Of a DNA stretch of 64,000 nucleotides, positions 52,301 to 63,454 are shown piece after piece. The notes under the pieces were generated by a model that did not search any database, was not told the DNA's origin, and saw only the letters and a list, made by a program, of their open reading frames with translations. The stretch lies in NCBI GenBank assembly GCA_044892505.1, contig CM097883.1, positions 267,530,001 through 267,594,000 on the forward strand. The letters are read 5' to 3'. Every line of letters starts with the position of its first letter. Positions within the stretch are counted from its first letter, which is position 1. The translations under genes and the position numbers were made by a program. This DNA is from Schmidtea nova (taxonomy: Eukaryota).

Positions 52301-55300
52301 GCAAGCAAGGAAAGCACGACGCAAGAGCAGAGTGTGTGATCTCTATTTTTTACAGGATAATGCTTCCATCCACACCAGCAGCGTTTCCATGGCCAAAAAT
52401 GAGCGTTGTGGGTTCAATTTGCTTCCCCATCCACCATAAAGCCCCGATTGGCTCCCTCCGATTTTTTCCTGTTTAACCATCTTAAGAAGCATCTGCAGGG
52501 CCAGGTGTTTGCCAACAAACTTGATTTGAGAGCAGCCGTGGAGAGTTTTCTGGGAGAAAAGCCTCCAGAATTCTTCAAAAACGCCTTCGAAAACCTCGTT
52601 ATTTGGTGGGAAAATTGTGTCAGTGCAGAAGGAAATTATTTTGAGAAATGATGCCTATTTACCATGCTTGTTCTAAATACAAAGTTTTGTGTTGATATCT
52701 CAAGTCTTTCTATTTTAGTCTCACGACTTATTGGGCGCACCACGTATCGTAAAGGAGAAGATCATTCAAATGCCGATGGATTATCCAGGATAAAGTGAAT
52801 GGTATGTGCACAATGTCAAACGAGACACGAAAATACTAAGGAAAGTAAATCCAGAGTTAGACAGATCTGCATAATGCAGAAAACAGAAACAAGTAACAGA
52901 AGCGCAAGAAAAAGATGCACAGTTTCAGAAAATGAAGAAATACCTCGATCATGTAAGTTCAGATATGATAACTTTCGATCCAAAAGATTATCTTTACAAA
53001 CTACGAAATGTCTTGAAAGTAGAGGACAACCTTCTAATGATCAAAAAGAAATGACTGGATTTAGTACTAGTTCCAAAAAAATGTCAGTACAGTACTTGTT
53101 AAAAGATTCACGAAGAACTTTGTCATGTTGGAGTAAAAAATTTGCATCGTTACCAATGATACTAATTTAATTTTACGACATTAAGTTAATATAACGATTG
53201 AAATACTCACTTATTAAAGGCTGTGCCGGAATATCGTGTACTTAACCACCAAAAAACCCCAAAATGAATTTTGATCTATAGTCATACAATTATGAAAATT
53301 ATTGGCACTAGCATTTAGATTCAAAACAACTTAGTAGTAATTAGGTAGAACTGAACCCTTCGGAACCATACTATTTACCCACCCATTTATTTATTGTCTA
53401 GCTGTTATTACACTTGTTATAAATCTTTGTTCTATTTGTCGATATTCATCGTCTTTCAAAGGGGTTTAGGCCCCTTGAAAAGCACCTCAATGCGCCTCTA
53501 TATGTTGTCAATAATAAAGGCGTGATAAATCGCATATTAGTAAATACACTAAAAATGAAATAAGTCTTACTTCTTTTAGAAAATCTGCTATTTCAAAATC
53601 ATTTTCTTTTTCTTCTAATTCTTCTTTAATATCACCATAAGCATCATCAAGGATTGCCAAAAACATGTTGAATAAAATAAAAAATACAAAGAATACATAT
53701 AAAATGAAATATAGAGGACCAATAACTGGATTGAGAGGAAGCAATTCTTTGAAATTGCAGTCATTCAGTATAATCCGAAACAACGTAAATCTGTAAAACA
53801 AATGCGCAAATGAAAATATTCAATTCAATAATAAAAATATATCATTTTATAATGATAAAACATGTAATTGCTAAAAATACTTTTTTTGAAATAGGATAAA
53901 TATTGGATATTTATAGAATTATTAGGTAACCAATTGTAATAAATAATGTTAATAATATTAATAATAAATTATGTGGTTACTGATTTAATTTTTTAAAAGA
54001 AAAATTTATTTATGTATAAAATATGCATTGGAACAGGATAAATAGAATAAAATTTTTTCAATTTTCCTCTTTCCTCTTTTCTTATTTCTCAATTTCTCCA
54101 AGCTTCAGAATGCTCTCTCGATCACTCTATCGGTTTCCCCCAAGATATTCAAATTGTCTTTAATATTGTTTATTATTTAGATATCCTCAACATAACTAAT
54201 TTAGTAATTATGGTACCATTAAAATGAGTTATAGTGAATATCTGTGTAGGGCCGGCTTTATCTGAAAGCGGTGGAAGCCTACTGTAAAGGGCGCTTAAAA
54301 ATAGAATTTAGTCCCTATTTAATATGTCCAAAAAAACCATTAAAAAATTTTTAATTTTTTTAAAAGAAATTTATTTTAAATAAAATTTTTTTGAAAAACT
54401 AGTTTTCAAAGTGTTTAAGAATTGTTTATTTATTTCGCAAAAGATATCAATTTTACATTCACAAATTTACTTTGAAATCGCTTACTATATTCAGTTTAGT
54501 TATTTCGATTAAAAAATTCAATGATATACGTATTTGCTAAAATATTATTTTAAAAGTCTACAAGTTATTTTCAGTTTTCAATCTGCTCAATAAGTGCAAA
54601 CATATTTCGTTAATAAAAACAACTTAATATTAAAGTTTCATAGTAAAAATGTGTTCAGTACATGCTTAGTTATTTTGCGGAATTGAATCATTATAATGTA
54701 GGTATTATTTAATTATTTTTATCTTTAATTCTAATTTAGAAGAAATCTTTTAAAGACCAATAAAATAATACTCCTAGAAAATAGGCGTCTAAAATGAGTT
54801 TCGCATCGGGGTGCTACTAATGCTTGACAACAAACTTTAAAATTAAACTAAAATATTTAATTAATCGTCTGAGAAATTAATTATGTAAAGAGTTAAATTT
54901 TCAGTGAAAATCCAGACGTGGTTTATTCGTTTTCGAATTGAGACAAAAGGCTAAAATCCTTATTTAACCAAATTGGACACAGAACTGGTTCTGAAATGCC
55001 TTAAAATATGTGAAACGGATATAATAACCAGACAAATTTAATAAAAAAGAGAAAAGTAGGAATGAGCGTTATCTTTATGAAGTTTTCACATTATTCTTTA
55101 AGGAATAAAGCTTGATAATGATCATCAGATTTATTTTCTCTTTTTTCTTAATTACTTCCTTGACACAGAACACACGATCGTATTGAGTTAGACACTGTTC
55201 ATTCACTGTTCATCCATCGTGTAGATAAATTCTTTCATGAAAGGCTCTATATGGAGTTACACTTTACGTATTCAGTTACATATACATTATAATTTACCAA

Positions 55301-58300
55301 TGTTTCACATTAAAGCATGATTTGTTGAGAGATAAACGGTTTTGCGCCCCTCCTCCCGCAGCGGGGATGTAAACAAAATCTAATTTTTAACCTTAATACT
55401 ACTCCATAATTAATTAGTACTATTTATATTTATAATTTTAAAGAAAATATACAATTGAATGATTTGTAAATAATTGAGGCTTACATTATTCATTTTCTCA
55501 TACAGAGACGTGACAATCAAAACTTGCTCCCTAAGCAAAGAACAAAATGTGCGCATATTCAAAGAAAATTGTATACATTATGAAACCAATCAGTTTTTTA
55601 CAGTGAAATAATAAATGCATGATTTTGTAACAAGATTTTTATTGAAAAGAACAATAAAGATAGCCAGCTACCGCTACAGCTATTACAAGTTAACTTTTCT
55701 TGATTTCAATGAATCACAATAATTAATTATCTCACGAAAATTAATTAATTTTATTTGCTAAATCAACTTCAATAAATTATAGGAAAATATGTAATGAATA
55801 GTTAAAATTTGAGTATTTTAGAAAAGTTTATTAAAAAATAATCATTGTTTCTGCGACCATATTGCAAGATATTGCAAGCTAGGCAGGAACTATGTTAGTC
55901 CAGCTCTCTTACCAGCGCTGATCTCACGTACATTATATTTGTTGGATTTTTTTATTTGTTAAAAATGAAAGTAAAAAAAAATGTTTAAATATAAAATTAA
56001 TTCAATAAACTGACATGCAAATGTACAACTCTCGGTAATTTGTCAATTGAGAACCAAAAATTAAATAGCCTGCTTGAGCGAAAGCGAGAAATACAATGAA
56101 AAACATCAAAGAAAATCCAACTAAATCTTTGAGGCAATAATTCAAAGTTGAAATCAGTTGCGTCATCATTTTATTGAAACTGATGTATTTGAAAATCTGT
56201 AAAAAGAATTTACAGTTAATTACTTTAATTTATAGTGTAATTAAGAGTTAGTACAGTTACTTGTCCCTAGCTTCAACTCATGAGATAGTAGCCGCAAAAA
56301 ATTAATATAATCCTTATAAGTATAACAATGGGACAACAAGTTATTAGTCGTGATTTATTTAATCATCCTTCGTTACTATTAATGAAGCAATACAATTTCT
56401 AATGGCAGACGCATCAAAAGCTTATTTGGCTTTAATCAGTAACATGTAAGAAACTCGATCACATCTGCAGTCGAACCCAGCGACTTTTTTTGACCAGATT
56501 GCAGAATCTGACAACTCTGTCACCTAACCGTAATTGAATATCACATTTTTTTGACTGCTTTGATAAAATTTATAGACATTAATAATCCTACAGACTAGAC
56601 GTGTGAGTACAAGACCAATCTCATAGACTGAAAGTTGCTTACCAAGATAATTTCTTCGCCTTTTCTCCAATTCCAAAATTCTCCTTAAAGTTCGTCGATG
56701 AATCATTCAAACGTCATCATCGAGTAGGCAATCATTCAATTTCATTTTAAAAATAAATGCTGGTATCATATGATCTTCCAAACACGTTTCTAAAAATGAA
56801 ATATCTAATTCTTTTTTCCTCACAGATATGTAAAGTTTTAAATATCTCTTGAATATTGGAACTGAAGTACAATCTAATCTAAATAAACTATTAAATAAAA
56901 ATGGCAATTTATTCATATAAATAAGAGAACACCATTGGTCTTGTACGAGGTAATTGATGATTTTCATTTTTACATGTGCATTAAATCCGTAATTTTAAAC
57001 TCACACCGTTGTTTAACTTCAAAAATTGATTGTCAAAATAAAAAATTAAAAAATTTGAGAAAATTGTTTGGTGAATGTACGTTTAATGTTAAGAATACTA
57101 TGTTGAATGTTAGTGATGTGCCATTGACGAGTGATGAGGAACGTATTTTGAAGTTTGGTCCGAATCATGGTATTAGAAATAGGATTGACAAATTTAAATT
57201 TTTTTCCCAGATTGAATGTTTGTTTTTTACTTTATCTAATAATAAGAATATTAATTTGAATTATTTAAAAAATTTACTGAATGTTAAGGCCAATGATTAT
57301 TTAACTAAGAATAAAAAACAAAATAATAATGATTTTAATACTTTAAAAAATTTATCTTAGAAAAATATATAAATATTTGTAAATTTGATAAGGGTAATGG
57401 TTTGGTAGTTCTTAATCATGATGATTATATAAAAAAGTTAGAAATGGTATTGTTATCTCCACAATTTGAAAAGATTGTCAGTTTTCGTAAGAATGGCAAA
57501 TTACCACCTTTAAAATATGAAACAATATTAATATCTCTACTTCATGACTTAATTTTAAATAAGCATATAGATAAGAATATTGTTAATTCACTTTGACCTC
57601 GGGGATCCCAACCTGCTAAATTATATGGTCTTCCAAAAGTACATAAAGATAATTTACCTATGAGACCTGTATTGTCAATGATTCAAACTTCACAATATAA
57701 GGTTGCGAAGGTTTTAGATAGTTTGTTGAAACCATTGATTAAGACTGAATATGAATGTAAAGATAGCTTTGAGTTTACTTCTTTTATAGTAAATTTAAAT
57801 AAGAGTGGGAATGATGACTTTATGGTTTCGTTTGATGTGGTTAGCCTTTTTACAAATGTTCCTTTAATAGAAACGATTGATATTTGTTGCAATTTATGGA
57901 GTGTTAACACTTCACTTCATAATATTATTGACGTTGTTGCTTTTCGTAAACTTTTGACATTTGCTACTTCTAATGTCCATTTTATCTTTGATAATCAATG
58001 GTATAAGCAAATTGATGGTGTTGTCATGGGCTCATCTTTAGCTACTACACTGGCATCTATTTTTTTGTCAAGTTTAGAAAATAAATTTATAAATTGTAGT
58101 GTAAATAAACCCTTAGTATATAAACTTTATGTTGATGATATTTTTCTTGTATTTAAGAATAAAGAACATGTTGAGCCTTTTTTGTATTATATGAATAATT
58201 TGCATAAAAATTTTAAATTTACTTTTGAAGAAATTAATTCTAAAATATCATTTCTTGATTTGTTGATTGAAAAGAAAGAGAAACATTTCGAAACCGAAAT

Positions 58301-60209
58301 TTATATGAAAACAACAGATACTGGTTTGTATACGTCACCGGAAAGCTTTTGTGATTTTAAATATAAAAGAAATATGATATCGTTCTTGGACATTGCCGTC
58401 AACTTATTGTAAATCTATAAATAGTATTGATAAATTACTTTAATTACTTAAATTACTACAGAATAATGGATATTCAAAATGTTTCTTGCAACGAATGGGG
58501 AGTGAAACTGTTGATAAATGTATTAATAAGTTGAATGTGATTGATGAAAAAATTTCTCCTGGTGTTGATTCGTTTAATACCTCTGATAGTGCTCCTTTGA
58601 TTGAAACAGGTGATGTTGTTATGGAAATGAATGATGGTGTGGATTGTAATAATAATAATGAAATAAATAAAAGTAACTTGAATGATTGCATTGGTTCTGT
58701 TATAGTTTTACAGTTTCTGAGAGATTTGTAAATTTTAAAAAATATATTATAAAATATATTGGAAATACTAATGTTAAAATAATTTCTAAGTCTTGCAAAG
58801 TTCGGGACATGTTCAGTAATAAATCTGTGACGCCATTTGGTCTGTGTTCTGATCTCGTATATCGTTTTACTTGTAATGGGTGTAATGCCACATACATTGA
58901 AGAGACTGCCCGTCATCTCTGTACACGAGTTCAAGAACATGCCAGAAAGAGCGGAAAGAGTAACATTATTGAGCATAATAAGACTTGCAAGAAGAGCATT
59001 GATATTTCTAATTTCAAAATACTTTCTAGGGGTTTTAAAAATTATTATGAACGTGTGAATTGTGAGGCTTTGATGATAAAATCATTTAATCCAAACATAA
59101 ATATACAAAATGCAATATCTACCTGCATTTTGAGAGTGTTTAATTAATTTTACTAGGGTAAATAAAAGTTTTACTAGATTATGCACATGTAATTATGTAA
59201 TCACTATTAAGCGTATAAATAAGATCAATTTTTATTTTATTGAGATTGTGGAAAGCCTGATGATGACAGCTAAGCTGTTGAAATATATTGCATTAATATA
59301 TTTAAAATAATAGTGTTCTCTTATTTATTTATAATTATTAATTGATTTATCATGATTATCTTTTTGTTTTCCATTTAATCTTTTTTTATTTATATCAATA
59401 ATTCCCATAATAGTAAGACTGTAGACCAAAATATTTTAAAAAATTACACAATATTTCAGCACAGCCTTTATCAAGTGTGTATTTATAACATTTTTTAAAA
59501 ATTAATATTAATTTTTGGTATTTTTATTAGGCACAACAGTATATTATTTAAACAAAAAGTAAACTGATATGACAGCATTTCACAATCACAAATCCTTAAA
59601 AAAGTAAATGATGAAAAGTAATTGTGACAACATTGATGGGAAATTGGAATTTAGCATAATGAAATAGTTCCCTTGAATAATTGAAACTCTTATTTGGTTT
59701 CTTGAAAAAAGCTTTTAAAATTATATAATAATTGTCATTAATATAGTAAATTTTCATAATAATTATAAAAATATTTTTTTATTATTTATTATTTTCACTT
59801 TTGATCTTTTCGTTTCTATTTCAAAAATTTTCATATTTTTTAAAAATCTATAAAGATTTTCTGAAATAATTTGATCTATAGTCTCCGTAAAATATTTAAA
59901 TTATTTAAATATTTAAATAATTTATAAAAATACAATGCAATTAATAACTAATTAATATTAATTATTCATCACCTTTATAATTGCTAAAAAGAGAACGAAC
60001 GCCGATAAATTATCATATTGTAATTGCCAAAAGCTTAAATATTCAAAATTCGGATGAAGATTTCCATTTTCTAATAATTTTGAAAGCATTGTCTGGACCA
60101 TGGCCATTCTGTAGCCATGGAAGGCTACACAGAGGACACACAAGGATAATACCACGATATCCAAAACGTTCCACAAAGAAAAGAAATACGCAGATTTGTG
60201 TTTATGAAT
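37353..60209 (-). CDS. PKD2: Polycystin-2-family (PKD2L1-like) gene A, exons 60209-59973, 56196-56015, 53790-53571, 44465-44332, 37781-37664, 37598-37353 (5' exons outside window, last exon unresolved)
   Basis: [49 protein letters not shown], two EF-hand loops ([24 protein letters not shown]) and a coiled coil. All junctions are GT-AG and phase-consistent. Confidence 0.92.
39019..42987 (-). mobile_element. Recent Ty3/gypsy (CsRn1/Kabuki-like) LTR element, 177/178-bp LTRs at 39019-39195 and 42810-42987, 5-bp TSD ATATC
   Basis: LTRs identical except for one T in a homopolymer; PBS TGGTGTCAGAAG (tRNA-Leu-like); PPT GGTGGAGGG; frameshifted gag with [10 protein letters not shown]; PR LIDSGAD; RT-RH-IN. 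Confidence 0.95.
39178..41484 (-). CDS. pol: pol (RT YIDD, RNase H TDAS, integrase H-H-C-C and DDE core); joined to PR (41478-42044) by a frameshift/deletion
   Basis: 768-aa ORF in the supplied track. Confidence 0.9.
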   Translation of the reverse strand: MVIVKKKDGSIRPCGDYRLLNSVTKVDKYPLPRISDILDQLGGSKIFSTIDLEKAYHQIPIEANDIPKTAITTPFGLYEYLKMPFGLRNASQTFQRFMDKLLRPYRKFSRAYIDDIIIFSKSKEDHENHLQTIQKVLKDAHLSINKDKSYMAKNQVNFLGFHISDSGISPQTDKIQAITSCSRPDNAKALRRFIGMVTFYHWLIPNLADIMAPLHDLTSNGAKDKRKYIWKDQHTQAFETAKKKLQEITELIPPNSQRTFIVCTDASDIGIGASLNHRTAEGKLTPISFFSRKLNKTEQRYSTFDRELLAAYLAIKNFKHHLDGSTFELLTDHKPLVYINTMKDPSNRQWRWIQFLNEFSVKIIHIKGKDNIVADFLSRQTNSVNNTVNIVETLPIPKSEIIQQQRQLSFAQILKPNHSFKISKDDDGILVDMSTGSPRIILPEQFQFKEFQRLHNLCHPGANGTIKLISSKYAWPCMRAKIRNWCRMCEKCQRNKVTKHTKSSLMKLPEAEKFKVIHIDIVGPLPPVNNKRFMLTIIDRHTSWPEAFPISDITSSLIARTVENEWIARYGAPEIMITDNGKQFISSTFKEFCQKHNIDHRHTTPYHPQCNGKVERFHRTLKTALRAHSEDANRNWANDLPLVLLGLRNIVSEDNNQSPSQAVFGINGKLPGDATIKRTRKQNWKTFFPEDLKTCTHVWLKVETRTTLRPVYDGPFQIISRSPDLKTFEIQLPTRNLRVSVDKLKPAYIPANDKSLLDLGGGLCSQTN
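45819..46576 (-). mobile_element. Solo-LTR-like element (TGTAG...CTA[C>A]A, TSD TCTTT) encoding a decayed nuclear-receptor fragment, copy 1
   Basis: Identical 5-bp flanks. Translates [30 protein letters not shown] and [20 protein letters not shown]. Confidence 0.8.
47822..48800 (-). mobile_element. Internally deleted mariner (26-bp TIRs, TA TSD) interrupted by NHR-LTR copy 2
   Basis: TTAG(T/G)TTGTCCGGAATGAAATGTC TIRs; remnant HTH MYK|LENHDLRQL...[14 protein letters not shown]. Confidence 0.88.
48019..48612 (-). mobile_element. Solo-LTR-like element (TGTAG...CTACA, TSD CTTGT) encoding a decayed nuclear-receptor fragment, copy 2
   Basis: Perfect termini and TSD. Translates [38 protein letters not shown] and [13 protein letters not shown]. 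Confidence 0.85.
49380..53170 (+). mobile_element. Degenerate Ty3/gypsy element (two knuckles, PR WDSGA, RT YLDD, RNase H DTDAS, partial IN) split by a mariner
   Basis: ORFs 49723-51440; the sequence EYNFEIRY|[14 protein letters not shown] rejoins across the mariner. Confidence 0.88.
51456..52744 (+). mobile_element. Full-length (1289-bp) defective mariner (DD34D)
   Basis: 30-bp TIRs CGTGGTGC(A/G)CCCAATAAGTCGTGAGACTAA, TA TSD; transposase from 51615 with ITLDET, LQDNA and PSDFFLF, broken by stops and frameshifts. Confidence 0.95.
54248..54825. mobile_element. Second, truncated copy of the AGGGCCGGC MITE
   Basis: Shares both end regions with 26634-27104; the right TIR is missing. Confidence 0.65.
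56607..59330 (+). mobile_element. Near full-length Penelope-like element (RT plus GIY-YIG) with an inverted 5' segment (56607-56933) and a 3' pLTR
   Basis: [29 protein letters not shown] and VYRFTC..C..TYI.ET.RHL..R..EH; nonsense mutations present. Confidence 0.9.
59257..59302 (+). ncRNA. Minimal hammerhead-ribozyme-like motif in the PLE pLTR
   Basis: CUGAUGA-U-GACAGC(uaa)GCUGUU-GAAA-UAUAUU(gcauu)AAUAUA-UU; stem I not contiguous. Confidence 0.6.
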
Positions 60210-60419
60210 CTAAATTAATAATATCTATAGTCAGCATTATGAGAATTATTGATAATAATAATAAAAAAAGATCAAANNNNNNNNNNNNNNNNNNNNNNNN
60301 NNNNNNNNNNNNNNNNNNNNNNNNNNNNNNNNNNNNNNNNNNNNNNNNNNNNNNNNNNNNNNNNNNNNNNNNNNNNNNNNNNNNNNNNNNNNNNNNNNNN
60401 NNNNNTTATTAAAAAGACC

Positions 60420-61420
60420 AATTTGCCATTTCAAAATATATTTATGGGAAATATATTTCGATGGTATAACCATCATCTTCAGTCCTAAAATTATCGATTA
60501 TTTAAACAAATTATGCGGTAACTACTATACGCATTGTGCAAATTTAAAGAATGAAAAATAAAATATTTTTCTTCTTTCCCTCTCTTCTAATTAAACACAC
60601 TCAATTGATTTGTTGTCTTACTTTGTAAATTAATCTTAGGATCCAAAGATTTGATATACAAAGCTTCACAAACCACTCTTTCCCAGTAACTGGAAAAATT
60701 TCTATTCGCAATTTTAAAATATTTAACATTGATAATTGTATTTTTACAGATTTTTTTAACATGCTCACAAATATTACTGACACCATTAGGTCTAGAATGT
60801 TCACGAATGCGAGTACAGAGATGACGGGCAGTCTCTCCAATGCATGATGCATTACACCCATTACAATTAAATTGATAAACTACATTCGAACATAGGGCTG
60901 ACGGTGTAACAGATTTATTCTTGAACAAGTTATTTAATGCGAATGATTTAAAAATTATTTTGAATTTCGGGATTCTTTTCGTAACAGAACAGATACTTCT
61001 TTTCAAATCTTTACAACCTTCTGAATACGGCAAAATGAGAAATTTATTAGGTATGCCCAACTTTTCCAAATCTTCAGTTACTTCATTATTTATAGGTTTC
61101 TTTATAAAAATTGCCTTGTAAGAGTATCCCTATAAAGATTCTCAACAAAATGTTTAGATTAACCATTATTAAATAAACTTTCTTTAAGTTTATTTAAACT
61201 TTTATTTGCTTTCTGATATGTAGACGTTAGCATCAATATTTCTTTCACACATTGAGTCAAAAATAAACAGTTACCAATTTGATAAACCAATAGCATACAA
61301 ACGATATGTTGATGACATATTTTTGATATTCAACGAGTGATCTAATACTCAACCTTTTTTAAATTTTATGAATTCTTTACATCCGAATATAAAATTTACA
61401 CATAAAATTGAAAATAATAA
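60420..61420 (-). mobile_element. 5'-truncated Penelope-like element (thumb, GIY-YIG, pLTR) with an inverted RT piece (61240-61420, + strand, YVDD)
   Basis: ORF 60587-61069 (VVYQFNCNGCNASCIGETARHL); opposite-strand YKRYVDDIFLIF. Confidence 0.85.
60435..60482 (-). ncRNA. Minimal hammerhead-ribozyme-like motif in the PLE pLTR
   Basis: CUGAAGA-U-GAUGG(uuaua)CCAUC-GAAA-UAUAUUU(cccau)AAAUAUA-UU. Confidence 0.65.
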
Positions 61421-62074
61421 ATAATAAATAAAAATTTTATTTCAATAAAAGTTGTTGATTTGTCTTTAGGACACTGCTCAACATGGAGCATACCATTCAA
61501 ACAATGTTCAGCGACAAAGAGTCGGAACAGCTCGAATGATTGATTTGCTTTTCGACTCGATTTTCACTTTAAATCCTTTGAATTGTCCTCGGTAGTTGAT
61601 TTGTTGGTCTTCGGATATAGGCTCCGGCTTTACAAATATTATAGGATTAAGCCACACAATCGGGAAACAGGCTTGTGATTTTGGATGAAACAGCCTAGAT
61701 AGAATTCCAAAATTGCAGCATATTTTGTTTTCGTTTTCGGCAAGGTTATTGATTTGTTGGAACGAAAGATCCAGCTCATCCACTCGAGAGGATAGAACAG
61801 ATTGTTTATATCCAAATTTATCCAATTCAATATTGGACATTTTTAATGTGTTTTTATTAAAGTTTTAAAAAAGAAAAATATAACAATTAAAGGATGGTAT
61901 TCAAACAAAATTATTAGCTATAATTACTCATAATTTTAAACATGTAGTATTAAATATATATATATATATATATTAAATATATATATAAATATATATATAT
62001 ATATAAATATATATATTAAATATATATATATATATATAACATAATAAATAAGTATAAAATACAATTAATAAATA

Positions 62075-62620
62075 AGCATAAAAAATTGAGAAAGTATGTT
62101 TCGANNNNNNNNNNNNNNNNNNNNNNNNNNNNNNNNNNNNNNNNNNNNNNNNNNNNNNNNNNNNNNNNNNNNNNNNNNNNNNNNNNNNNNNNNNNNNNNN
62201 NNNNNNNNNNNNNNNNNNNNNNNNNNNNNNNNNNNNNNNNNNNNNNNNNNNNNNNNNNNNNNNNNNNNNNNNNNNNNNNNNNNNNNNNNNNNNNNNNNNN
62301 NNGCATAAAAAAATTGAGAAAGTATGTTTCGAATCGNNNNNNNNNNNNNNNNNNNNNNNNNNNNNNNNNNNNNNNNNNNNNNNNNNNNNNNNNNNNNNNN
62401 NNNNNNNNNNNNNNNNNNNNNNNNNNNNNNNNNNNNNNNNNNNNNNNNNNNNNNNNNNNNNNNNNNNNNNNNNNNNNNNNNNNNNNNNNNNNNNNNNNNN
62501 NNNNNNNNNNNNNNNNNNNNNNNNNNNNNNNNNNNNNNNNNNNNNNNNNNNNNNNNNNNNNNNNNNNNNNNNNNNNNNNNNNGCATAAAAAATTGAGAAA
62601 GTATGTTTCGAATCGAATAA
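62075..62620. repeat. Tandem repeat GCATAAAAAAATTGAGAAAGTATGTTTCGAATCG, mostly in N gaps
   Basis: The same unit appears at three gap edges. Confidence 0.75.
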
Positions 62621-62783
62621 TCATCGAATAATAAATAATAAATAAAAAATCGATTTCGAAAAAAAGGGGAGGAAAAGAATTCATAACAACTCGTATTTCC
62701 AGCTGGTCAACCATCCACATTCTAACGAGGCTTACCATCCAAGATCGAACGAGATTGATTAAACCTGTCAATTTATGCGTTTA

Positions 62784-63452
62784 TTAATTACGAATTATTC
62801 TAATGAATTGGTGTTCATCGTCAAAGGAGGGTAGAATACCATTTTTATGGAAATACCATCTTCTGGCAGAATGTGCAATATTACTAATGGCACACTTCCT
62901 TAATAATCCGTCCACCTTACTTTTATTTATACCAACTTTCAGAAGGAATTTAGGAGTTTCAAGAGGAAAAGAACCAAGAGCAATGATAATGCAAGTGTTG
63001 AGTTCAACATTATAGTCAGGTTTGGCATCTTGTATATGCGTTTTTAGTGAATTGTATTTTTCTAGGTTTGATAAATTAACATTTTCATAGTTTATCAAAG
63101 AATCGCTCGGACATTTCAAATCAACAAGGAAGATTCTTTTTCGCGAAACATCAGTTATCAGTAAATCAACTCGTTCTTTAGAATTTGAAACAAGTGAGCA
63201 GGCGTGGTTAACAACAACAATCAAGTTTTTATTTAGTTGAAGGTGTTCCACGATCAATTTAAGACAAGCGTCATGTCGCTCAGAACCCAGTGTCAGGTGG
63301 ACCTTACATGACTGAAGTACATGTGACGAGGTCTCATCTTTACCATGACACCGATGACAAAGTCTTTTCTCGCCTCTATCATAAGGCTTCGCAAAAATGT
63401 AAAGAGTGTTAGTGCGAGCTCTATGGATGAAGTTCCAAGCAAATTCAGACAA
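62784..63452 (-). mobile_element. 3' fragment of an R2/NeSL-type non-LTR retrotransposon (CCHC knuckle plus restriction-like endonuclease)
   Basis: CHRCHGKDETSSHVLQSC, RHD, VDLLI..VDLKCP and KYNSL. Confidence 0.88.
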
Positions 63453-63454
63453 TT

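Noticed and set aside
60246-60476. MMVIPSKY... as a further PKD2 exon
   Set aside because: It is the Penelope pLTR/hammerhead sequence, not PKD2.
62016-62771. ORFs spanning X runs
   Set aside because: Artefacts of N gaps; the same applies at 16.2-16.7, 17.5-17.8, 28.4-29.3 and 60.2-60.5 kb.
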